IMG/VR virus record: IMGVR_UViG_3300031949_000062
Coordinates: 1-48,101 of that record
Reading direction: 5' to 3' (one strand)
DNA from: a virus
Taxonomy: Duplodnaviria > Caudoviricetes
Length of the DNA stretch: 48,101 nt
Part shown: one piece after another, positions 1 to 6,071 of the stretch
Layout of the letters: every line of letters starts with the position of its first letter
Numbering within the stretch: position 1 is the stretch's first letter
The notes under the pieces: model-generated
The model's input: only the letters and a program-made list of their open reading frames with translations
The model's database searches: none
Told to the model about the DNA's origin: nothing
Made by a program: the position numbers and the translations under genes

Positions 1-1
1 T

Positions 2-136
2 ATTCGTAATCAACTAATGTTAGATGTTGGTAAGCCCGATCTTGTTATAGCTTTTCCTACTAAAAACAGTAAAGGAACATGGGATATGGTCAGTAGAGCT
101 AAAAAGAAAGGTATTGAAACGATAATCGTTTCGTAG
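2..136 (+). CDS. Partial (3' end) SLOG/YspA-like (DUF2493-type) protein
   Basis: Frame reads IRNQLMLDVGKPDLVIAFPTKNSKGTWDMVSRAKKKGI, matching the RN..M...D.VIAF...S.GT..M...A pattern. Confidence 0.7.
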   Translation: MRNQLMLDVGKPDLVIAFPTKNSKGTWDMVSRAKKKGIETIIVS

Positions 137-140
137 TACA

Positions 141-410
141 ATGTCCTTTATGAATATATATTATATTAGAGCAGCCATTAGAGAAAAGTGTGGTATAACC
201 CTTAAACTTGAAGAAGTCAGAGACTTGTTGGTTGAAGAGGGTTTCTTATCAATAAGTAAAGCAAAACATATAGTCTTTAGAGGTTACTCTGAATTTTATG
301 ACTATTTCTATAAGCAGGACGACAATACAGCCGAAATTAAAAAAGAAAAGCTAACTCCCCCTGATCTAATAGAATATATGGAAGAAGAACACATAGAAGA
401 AGGATTATAA
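141..410 (+). CDS. Hypothetical phage protein
   Basis: 89-aa ORF in the operon direction. Confidence 0.7.
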   Translation: MSFMNIYYIRAAIREKCGITLKLEEVRDLLVEEGFLSISKAKHIVFRGYSEFYDYFYKQDDNTAEIKKEKLTPPDLIEYMEEEHIEEGL

Positions 411-430
411 TTATTAAGGGGAGTTCAAGT

Positions 431-613
431 GTGTCTAAAAAGAATAAAACCTATAATAAAGGCGTTCAAGATAGTTTAAGTATATTAGCAACACATATTA
501 ATTCAATGGACTATGCTACTGGTTTTGTTGCTTCTAAGTTAGCACAAGATCATAGTGACTTACTAAAATTACTCTACAATCATATTGGTACTGTGTTATT
601 AAAGAAAAAGTAA
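431..613 (+). CDS. Hypothetical protein
   Basis: 60-aa ORF, GTG start after AAGGGAG RBS. Confidence 0.6.
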   Translation: MSKKNKTYNKGVQDSLSILATHINSMDYATGFVASKLAQDHSDLLKLLYNHIGTVLLKKK

Positions 614-670
614 TGATTAGTATATTACTATTTATAGTAATAGTAGCTTTTATAGGATATATAATCTTTA

Positions 671-1096
671 ATGGGTAATACAGTAAAAACAATTAATACT
701 CCAATGCAAGATATATTTCTTGATAAATTATTTACTGAAGCTCAAGGCGATATTCGTCAAGCAATGAAATTAGCTGGATATTCAGAAGCTACAGCTACTA
801 AGGCAGTTGTAGAACCTTTAAAAGAGCAAATTATAGATATGGCGCAGTCGTATTTAGCTATGAATGCCGGTAAAGCTGTTGTTAAACTGGTTGCCGTATT
901 AGATAACCCGTTAGCTCCCGGTAATAAATCTATAATGATTGCGGCAAAAGAGGTTCTTGATCGAGTTGGGATAATTAAAAAAGAACCAGATACTATTACT
1001 GTACCAAGAGGAGCGATATTCTTCTTACCAAGAAAGGCTAATGAAGTTATCGAAGCTGAATATGAAGTAATTGATCAGTTAGAGGATGACGAATAG
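671..1096 (+). CDS. Probable terminase small subunit
   Basis: HTH-like FLDKLF...AMKLAGYS and AAKEVLDRVG motif typical of TerS; upstream of TerL. Confidence 0.65.
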   Translation: MGNTVKTINTPMQDIFLDKLFTEAQGDIRQAMKLAGYSEATATKAVVEPLKEQIIDMAQSYLAMNAGKAVVKLVAVLDNPLAPGNKSIMIAAKEVLDRVGIIKKEPDTITVPRGAIFFLPRKANEVIEAEYEVIDQLEDDE

Positions 1097-1108
1097 GTTA
1101 GATTTTAC

Positions 1109-1137
1109 TTGACAACTGCCAGCTGATTGATTATAGT
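1109..1137 (+). promoter_or_regulatory. sigma70-type promoter
   Basis: TTGACA-17 bp-TATAGT, preceded by TTTTAC. Confidence 0.75.
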
Positions 1138-1189
1138 CCAGTTATACTAGTTTTTAGGCATTTTTTAAGTATTTTAAGGTGGTACACAG

Positions 1190-1384
1190 ATGATTTTAGC
1201 TTTAGTTCTGTATGTTTGGGCTGTGGCCACTTTTTATCTCACTTTTGAAGTTATTTCATTTGAGTCAGTTTATGATTTAGATTGGAAAGACAAGCTTTTT
1301 AATGCTTTTTCTAGTGTTGTTTGGCCTATTTGGATACTTGCCTTTTGTGTTTTACTGGTCTACTTTAAATTCTTTAAGAAATAA
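1190..1384 (+). CDS. Small membrane protein (two TM segments)
   Basis: Hydrophobic 64-aa ORF with WP motif; AAGGTGG RBS. Confidence 0.65.
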   Translation: MILALVLYVWAVATFYLTFEVISFESVYDLDWKDKLFNAFSSVVWPIWILAFCVLLVYFKFFKK

Positions 1385-1596
1385 TGACTAAAACTAATAC
1401 TAAGCCAGTACGTTTCTATTCAATGCAAAATGTATATTCAGAAGATTTTATTTATGTTTTTGCAATGGCTGTGTATTTAAGACTAATAGAACCATCCGAG
1501 TTGACATATTTGCAAAATTCTGGTAAAACAGTAGATCAAATTAAAGATATATTGAAATTGCGTATTACTAAACACAGGAATAATAATGGATATTAA
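1384..1596 (+). CDS. Hypothetical protein
   Basis: 70-aa ORF, TAATG translational coupling. Confidence 0.55.
   Translation: MTKTNTKPVRFYSMQNVYSEDFIYVFAMAVYLRLIEPSELTYLQNSGKTVDQIKDILKLRITKHRNNNGY
1501..1529 (+). promoter_or_regulatory. Putative promoter for the tRNA cluster
   Basis: TTGACA-17 bp-TAAAAC, ~85 nt before the first tRNA. Confidence 0.5.
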
Positions 1597-1613
1597 ATTA
1601 CCATAAAGTTTAT

Positions 1614-1688
1614 TGCGGGTTCGCCAAGTGGTAAGGCAGAAGTCTCATTAACTTCTATGCGTCGGTTCGATTCCGACACCTGCTACCA
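1614..1688 (+). tRNA. tRNA-Met(CAT); initiator, elongator or Ile2 identity unresolved
   Basis: Cloverleaf, loop CTCATTA, TTCGATT T-loop, CCA; U1:U72 mismatch. Confidence 0.85.
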
Positions 1689-1702
1689 AAAAAAATTGGT
1701 CC

Positions 1703-1778
1703 ATGTGAACCTGTAGTGATGATTATAACCTATATAAGAATAATTCCACTCGTGGAGAGTGAGTCCTACAAATCACAT
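1703..1778 (+). ncRNA. Unassigned structured RNA candidate
   Basis: Nested stems ATGTGA/TCACAT and TGTAG/CTACA with internal CACTC/GAGTG hairpin. Confidence 0.35.
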
Positions 1779-1792
1779 ATTAATTTATTTTT

Positions 1793-1882
1793 TGCTATGG
1801 CGCTATAAACAGTTACTTCTTACTAATAACTTGGTAATATTGTGCCCGCAAGGCCAATAAACTGTTTTAAATGTTCCTAGCA
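1793..1882 (+). ncRNA. Y-RNA-like element 1 (two-hairpin apical domain)
   Basis: TGCTA-TGGCG...AAACAGTTACTTCT...AACTGTTT...TGTTCC-TAGCA; scaffold shared with elements 2-4. Confidence 0.7.
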
Positions 1883-1887
1883 TATCT

Positions 1888-1963
1888 CTGTGTATAGCTC
1901 AATCTGGTAGAGTCCTCGCTTTGGAAGCGATAGATTAAGGTTCAAATCCTTATATACAGACCA
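1888..1963 (+). tRNA. tRNA-Pro(TGG)
   Basis: Cloverleaf, loop TTTGGAA, CCA. Confidence 0.92.
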
Positions 1964-1967
1964 ATTT

Positions 1968-2047
1968 AGTCTAGTATCCCTCTACGCTACGAACGTAGAT
2001 AAAGGTAATGGATGCAAATGTAGGTTCGAATCCTATCTAGACTGCCA
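1968..2047 (+). tRNA. Non-canonical tRNA-Arg(ACG)-like RNA (rearranged D/anticodon arms)
   Basis: Acceptor AGTCTAG/CTAGACT-G-CCA, T arm GTAGG-TTCGAAT-CCTAT, anticodon hairpin TCTACG-CTACGAA-CGTAGA with no preceding D arm. Confidence 0.7.
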
Positions 2048-2048
2048 A

Positions 2049-2126
2049 CCTGTATTCGTCTAAAGGGAATAGGACTCTTGACTTTCAATCAAGATAATAC
2101 GGGTTCAAGTCCCGTATACAGGTCCA
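2049..2126 (+). tRNA. tRNA-Glu(TTC)
   Basis: Cloverleaf, loop CTTTCAA, CCA. Confidence 0.92.
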
Positions 2127-2132
2127 AATAAA

Positions 2133-2206
2133 GCTGGTGTAGTTTAAAGGTAAAACCATAGTCTTCCAAACTATATTTGAGGGTTCAATTCCCTCCACCC
2201 GCTCCA
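2133..2206 (+). tRNA. tRNA-Gly(TCC)
   Basis: Cloverleaf, loop CTTCCAA, U73, CCA. Confidence 0.92.
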
Positions 2207-2208
2207 CT

Positions 2209-2243
2209 TTTTACTTGACATAGCTCTTATACTGTGTCAATAT
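2209..2243 (+). promoter_or_regulatory. Putative promoter for the Y-RNA/Ro60 unit, with TTGACA...TGTCAA inverted repeat
   Basis: TTTTACTTGACA as at 1103; weak -10 CAATAT at 17 bp; ends 7 nt before Y-like element 2. Confidence 0.5.
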
Positions 2244-2250
2244 TCAGACT

Positions 2251-2332
2251 TCAGATGGCGATTGCAATACGGTTACTTCTTCACGTGTTGTTGTTATAAT
2301 AAGTAAATCCCGTAAGCAAAATGTTCCTCTGA
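2251..2332 (+). ncRNA. Y-RNA-like element 2
   Basis: TCAGA-TGGCG-ATTGCAATACGGTTACTTCT...CCGTAAGCAA..TGTTCC-TCTGA. Confidence 0.7.
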
Positions 2333-2462
2333 TTTGTATCTATGAGTAGTAAGAAAACATACCTTTAATAGTTTACTAACGTAGTTTATTCCGTAAATAA
2401 AAAAAGGAAAATAAGTCTCCTTCAAAACTAAAACTGTCTCTTACTACTCTTTTATACAAATC
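2331..2462 (+). ncRNA. Unassigned long-stem structured RNA between Y-like elements
   Basis: Perfect stems GATTTGTAT/ATACAAATC (9 bp) and GAGTAGTAAGA/TCTTACTACTC (11 bp). Confidence 0.5.
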
Positions 2463-2593
2463 ATACAATGGCGTAGAAATTAGTTACTTCTGATTGTACA
2501 GAGAGGTCGTTGGTTCAAATCCAACAGGGTCCATGTGGACCTTTAGCTCAGTGGTAGAGCGCTAAAAATACTAAGTTCGTTTGTTCCTTGTAT
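2463..2593 (+). ncRNA. yrlA: YrlA-type Y RNA with circularly permuted tRNA-like domain (element 3)
   Basis: Shared scaffold plus T arm (2509-2525), loop-closed acceptor stem (2526-2543) and D arm (2546-2560) in permuted order; adjacent to Ro60. Confidence 0.85.
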
Positions 2594-2620
2594 TAAATTA
2601 TTGTTCCTATTCTATTTTAA

Positions 2621-2717
2621 TACGCACTATCTGAACCTATTATGGCGAAGACAACAGTTACTTCTTTCCGAAAAACACTGTGGTCGCTTTATTCCTAATA
2701 GATTTAGATAGTGCGTA
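2621..2717 (+). ncRNA. Y-RNA-like element 4 (minimal apical loop, ~22-bp basal stem)
   Basis: TACGCACTATCT..CTATTA-TGGCGAAG-ACAACAGTTACTTCT...ACTGTGGTC..TATTCC-TAATAG..AGATAGTGCGTA. Confidence 0.72.
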
Positions 2718-2787
2718 ATTTGTTTATAAGATATTATTGTCAGAAATTTGTAACATTTTTCGGACATATCGTTTAAGGAGAAAAATA

Positions 2788-4089
2788 ATGGCAAGAACTA
2801 ATGTTAAACTAAGGCTTCCTATTGTAACTCATGAACATTGTGCTGCTGTACGCATTAATAATGAAAAGGAATTGCGTCGTTCAGTTTTGTCTACCCTTCT
2901 ATGGGAAGATACTTTCTATGAAGATGGTGTAGATATTGCAAAGCGCATTGTTGATACCGCAGCTAAGGTTAAACCTGAAGTTGTTGCAGGCCTAGCTGTT
3001 GAAGCTCGTACTATTGGTTTGCGTCATACTCCCCTATTGCTATTGCTTGATCTTATTAAGCGTGGTGGTGTTGGTGTAGCTAATACGATTTCAAATACAA
3101 TTAAGCGTCCGGACGAAATTACAGAATTGCTTTCTTTGTATTGGAAGTTTAATCCAAACAAGGATTTGTCAGCCCAACTTAAGAAGGGTGTGGCTAAATC
3201 ATTTAATAAGTTTAATGAGTACCAACTAGGTAAATATAATCGTGATGGTGCGGTTAAACTTCGTGATGCTTTGTTTCTATCTCATGCTAAGCCAAAGGAT
3301 AAGGAACAAGAAGTTCTGTTTAATAAACTTGTGACAAATACTCTTGCTATTCCTGATACTTGGGAAACAGAGCTTTCTGCTGGTAAAGATAAGAAAGAAA
3401 CTTTTGAAAGACTATTAAGTGAGGGTAAGCTTGGTTATCTGGCCTTGCTTCGTAACCTTCGTAATATGGTTGATGCAAAAGTTGACTTGAAGTTGGTAAA
3501 GGATGCTATTCTCGCTCGTAAGGGTGCTGATATGGTATTCCCATTCCGTTATGTTGCGGCTGCTAGGCATGCGCCTCTATTGGAACGCGCTATTGATCAG
3601 GCCCTTCTGGCGGCTGTAACAAAGGGCATTAAGCTGCCCGGTAAGACTGTTGTATTGGTTGACACTTCTGGTTCAATGTATGGATCAAAGGTATCTGCTA
3701 AGTCTGAAATTGATCGCGTAACTGCTGCTGCGACATTGGCAAGTGTTATCAATGGTGATGAAGTTCGAGTTATTGCATTTGGTACAACTACTCAAGAATT
3801 GCCTCATAGATTGGGTATGGCTGGTGTAGATAACATTGTTAGAACTAGTCTTGGTGGTACAAATCTTGGTGCTGCTGTTAAAAAAGCTAACGCAATTGGT
3901 GGTGATAGACTTATTGTTATTACTGATGAACAAAGTCATGATATTGTTTCTTGTCCAAAATTTAAGAATGCTTATATGATCAATGTAGATTCTTATAGTA
4001 ATGGTGTTGGTTATGCTAATGGATGGACGCATATTGACGGCTTTAGTGAAGCTGTGCTAAGATATATCTTTGAAATTGAAAAGGAATAA
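2788..4089 (+). CDS. rsr: Ro60/TROVE domain RNA-binding protein (Rsr) with C-terminal vWA domain
   Basis: LLWEDTFYEDG, FNEYQLGKY, TWETELS, ALLRNLRNM, FPFRY, DTSGSM (MIDAS) and ITDEQ motifs; start moved to ATG 2788 after AAGGAG. Confidence 0.93.
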   Translation: MARTNVKLRLPIVTHEHCAAVRINNEKELRRSVLSTLLWEDTFYEDGVDIAKRIVDTAAKVKPEVVAGLAVEARTIGLRHTPLLLLLDLIKRGGVGVANTISNTIKRPDEITELLSLYWKFNPNKDLSAQLKKGVAKSFNKFNEYQLGKYNRDGAVKLRDALFLSHAKPKDKEQEVLFNKLVTNTLAIPDTWETELSAGKDKKETFERLLSEGKLGYLALLRNLRNMVDAKVDLKLVKDAILARKGADMVFPFRYVAAARHAPLLERAIDQALLAAVTKGIKLPGKTVVLVDTSGSMYGSKVSAKSEIDRVTAAATLASVINGDEVRVIAFGTTTQELPHRLGMAGVDNIVRTSLGGTNLGAAVKKANAIGGDRLIVITDEQSHDIVSCPKFKNAYMINVDSYSNGVGYANGWTHIDGFSEAVLRYIFEIEKE

Positions 4090-4091
4090 TT

Positions 4092-4205
4092 TAGTAAGGC
4101 ATTTAGATTAACTATTTGGTAAGTCCCAAAAATGTAATTCATACTGTGCAGAGGAACCGTGTATGATAGCTAATCTTATAGCCCGGCCCATGTAAGTCCT
4201 TACTA
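4092..4205 (+). ncRNA. Structured RNA candidate A downstream of Ro60
   Basis: Nested stems TAGTAAGG/CCTTACTA, AGATTA/TAATCT and TCATAC/GTATGA. Confidence 0.5.
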
Positions 4206-4209
4206 GATT

Positions 4210-4312
4210 AGAAAAGAGAAGGTGTTGAACCAAAAGTTAAATGATTGATTGAAATATGGTGAGAATCCAGACTGACAATTATTTAACCAGACAAGTAAAC
4301 CCTCTCCTTTCT
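4210..4312 (+). ncRNA. Structured RNA candidate B
   Basis: Imperfect purine/pyrimidine terminal stem; internal T-loop-like TGG-TGAGAAT-CCA. Confidence 0.35.
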
Positions 4313-4314
4313 TT

Positions 4315-4382
4315 TGTTAATGGGTGCGTTACGTTAGACTAAAGCTTAAATAGGTAGTCTTTAAAAGCCTAGCCCATTAACA
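4315..4382 (+). ncRNA. Structured RNA candidate C
   Basis: TGTTAATGGG/CCCATTAACA 10-bp stem with inner AGACTA/TAGTCT. Confidence 0.45.
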
Positions 4383-4395
4383 TTTAATTATAATT

Positions 4396-4489
4396 GGATA
4401 GTCAATCCGAAAGCTGGCGACGGAACTTGTCCTGAACACAAGTGAGCCTAATAATGGCCTTGGGAGTTCGACCCTCTCACTATCCGCCA
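4396..4489 (+). tRNA. tRNA-Ser(TGA), atypical D arm, C33
   Basis: GGATAGT/ACTATCC-G-CCA, loop CCTGAAC, long V arm. Confidence 0.82.
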
Positions 4490-4535
4490 AATTAAAAAGA
4501 AAGAAACATGAAGTATAAACGTTTAAAACATATTT

Positions 4536-4609
4536 GGATCAGTAGCTGAGTGGTTTAGCAATGGCCTCTTAAGCCTTTGACGTGGGTTCAACTCCCACCT
4601 GATCCTCCA
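4536..4609 (+). tRNA. tRNA-Lys(CTT)
   Basis: Cloverleaf, loop CTCTTAA, CCA. Confidence 0.9.
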
Positions 4610-4614
4610 AAATT

Positions 4615-4700
4615 GGATAGGTGGCCGAGTGGTCGATGGCAGTGGCCTTTTAACCCACACTGGAAACAGCGCAAGAGTTCGAATCTCTTCCTATCCTCCA
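4615..4700 (+). tRNA. tRNA-Lys(TTT) with long variable arm
   Basis: Loop CTTTTAA; V arm CTG-GAAA-CAG; CCA. Confidence 0.82.
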
Positions 4701-4717
4701 AATTTTATAAAGGTAAG

Positions 4718-5125
4718 ATGATGATAAAGCATTTTGTAGAATTTTATAGCCCCGGTACTTTTTTTAGTGAGACGACTAGTAAACCAATTGATAGTTGGGA
4801 TATAAATACAGCACTAGAAATGGTTAAAGGTATAAAAGAACGCTATAATGCTACGCCATATGGTTTTAAATTTGTTACATATGAACGTAGTGATTCTGAT
4901 TTAGATAGCAAAGTAAGTAAAAAAAGTAATATGTATTTCCTAGGTGGAACAATTGAAACATTAGCTCAAATTGAGGCTAGACATGATGATGATGATCGTA
5001 TATTAATTTCGAATATGCACAATAATGGCTATGATAAGGTTCTCGTTAATACTAATTCTTGGAAAATTGTTGTCCCAATAGAAAAAGGGGATATTATATT
5101 ACAATGGCAACCAATAGAAACGTAA
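4718..5125 (+). CDS. Hypothetical phage protein
   Basis: Start moved to ATG 4718/4721 after AAGGT; the upstream part of the called ORF is tRNA sequence. Confidence 0.8.
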   Translation: MMIKHFVEFYSPGTFFSETTSKPIDSWDINTALEMVKGIKERYNATPYGFKFVTYERSDSDLDSKVSKKSNMYFLGGTIETLAQIEARHDDDDRILISNMHNNGYDKVLVNTNSWKIVVPIEKGDIILQWQPIET

Positions 5126-5131
5126 CACGAT

Positions 5132-5206
5132 TGGAATGTAGCATAATGGTAATGCACCAAGCTGTTAACTTGCAAGATAGAGGTTCGAGCCCTCTCTTTC
5201 CAGCCA
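5132..5206 (+). tRNA. tRNA-Asn(GTT)
   Basis: Cloverleaf, loop CTGTTAA, G73, CCA. Confidence 0.9.
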
Positions 5207-5213
5207 AAATTTA

Positions 5214-5289
5214 GTCCTATTAGCCCAAAGGTAGAGGCAGCAGACTTAAAATCTGTTCAGCATTGGTTCAACCCCAATATAGGACACCA
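5214..5289 (+). tRNA. tRNA-Leu(TAA), short variable loop
   Basis: Loop CTTAAAA, 5-nt V region, A73, CCA. Confidence 0.88.
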
Positions 5290-5295
5290 AATTCT

Positions 5296-5379
5296 GTGTC
5301 TGTGGCTTAGTTAGGAATGGCACACTATGCGGCCTTAGAAGCCGTAGCTTTGGAGGTTCAAGTCCTCTCAGACACACCA
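5296..5379 (+). tRNA. tRNA-Leu(TAG), atypical expanded D region, short V region
   Basis: GTGTCTG/CAGACAC-A-CCA, loop CTTAGAA. Confidence 0.8.
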
Positions 5380-5388
5380 AATATATTT

Positions 5389-5464
5389 GCATCTTTAGTC
5401 CAATGGTAGAGACGATAGTTTCAAAAGCTATAAAGCATAGGTTCAACCCCTATAAGATGCACCA
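5389..5464 (+). tRNA. tRNA-Leu(CAA), short variable loop
   Basis: Loop TTCAAAA, 5-nt V region, A73, CCA. Confidence 0.88.
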
Positions 5465-5484
5465 CATAATAGGAGGACAGGGAT

Positions 5485-5655
5485 ATGAAGATTAAAGTTT
5501 ATAATTTATATACTAATAAGTTTAATGAGTGGATTATTCCCTCTAAAGAGGAAGCCTTGGAATATAACAAAATAACGTTTAGTCAACAGTATGACAGAAT
5601 TGAACGTGAAGTAGTATATGGTGGGCTTCCTTGCGTGTTTAAACGAGTTCAATAA
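5485..5655 (+). CDS. Small hypothetical protein (56 aa, not in ORF track)
   Basis: AGGAGG RBS; MKIKVYNLY...FKRVQ fills the gap between two tRNAs. Confidence 0.65.
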   Translation: MKIKVYNLYTNKFNEWIIPSKEEALEYNKITFSQQYDRIEREVVYGGLPCVFKRVQ

Positions 5656-5656
5656 A

Positions 5657-5730
5657 GGCTTATTCTTCTATAGGTAAGAAACTGGACTGTCTATCCGGTA
5701 AAAAGGGTTCGAGTCCCTTATAAGTCGCCA
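5657..5730 (+). tRNA. tRNA-Asp(GTC)
   Basis: Cloverleaf, loop CTGTCTA, G73, CCA. Confidence 0.9.
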
Positions 5731-5746
5731 AAAGTAATTATTGTTC

Positions 5747-5820
5747 GCTAGATAAGGATTAAAGTGATCCGCCATACTGTGAATATGGACAAATACGGGC
5801 AGTACGTATATCTAGTTCCA
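5747..5820 (+). tRNA. tRNA-His(GTG), atypical (no G-1, GGCAGTA T-loop)
   Basis: GCTAGAT/ATCTAGT-T-CCA; CCATA-CTGTGAA-TATGG. Confidence 0.78.
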
Positions 5821-5884
5821 ATGTAGTATTAACAAAGTAATAAAACTATAGACTACTTAAGCGTCAAATGGTATGATAATAAAT

Positions 5885-5959
5885 TGTCTGATAGCTCAAT
5901 GGCAGAGCAATCGCCCGATTAGCGAACGGTTCTAGGTTCAAGTCCTAGTCAGACAACCA
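5885..5959 (+). tRNA. tRNA-Ile(GAT), C33
   Basis: Cloverleaf, loop CCGATTA, CCA. Confidence 0.88.
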
Positions 5960-5971
5960 TTTTAGATATAC

Positions 5972-6046
5972 ATGGGTGTAGTTTAAAGGTAAAATATCGG
6001 CCTCCAAACCCGTAAGATGTTGGTTCAAATCCAACTACCTGTGCCA
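5972..6046 (+). tRNA. tRNA-Trp(CCA)
   Basis: Loop CTCCAAA, G73, CCA. Confidence 0.88.
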
Positions 6047-6071
6047 TTTAAAACATTAAAAAGGAATATAA

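Noticed and set aside
2509-2560. Conventional tRNA gene
   Set aside because: The arms are in permuted order and the acceptor is loop-closed, so it is part of a Y RNA
1793-2717. Repeated motif with variable inserts read as a CRISPR array
   Set aside because: The conserved parts are short, bipartite and base-pair around the insert; spacing is irregular; there is no cas operon. The Cas4-like gene at 43480 is a usual phage replication exonuclease.
2737-2787. N-terminal extension of the Ro60 ORF from TTG 2737
   Set aside because: A strong AAGGAG RBS precedes ATG 2788
4396-4489. TGA-anticodon tRNA as a stop suppressor, or an alternative genetic code
   Set aside because: Anticodon TGA reads Ser UCA; no CTA, TTA or TCA anticodons were found, and genes translate intact in code 11
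4577-4717. N-terminal part of ORF 4577..5125
   Set aside because: It is a translation of two Lys tRNA genes; the real start is at 4718/4721
5246-5446. Minus-strand 66-aa ORF
   Set aside because: Antisense to three Leu tRNAs
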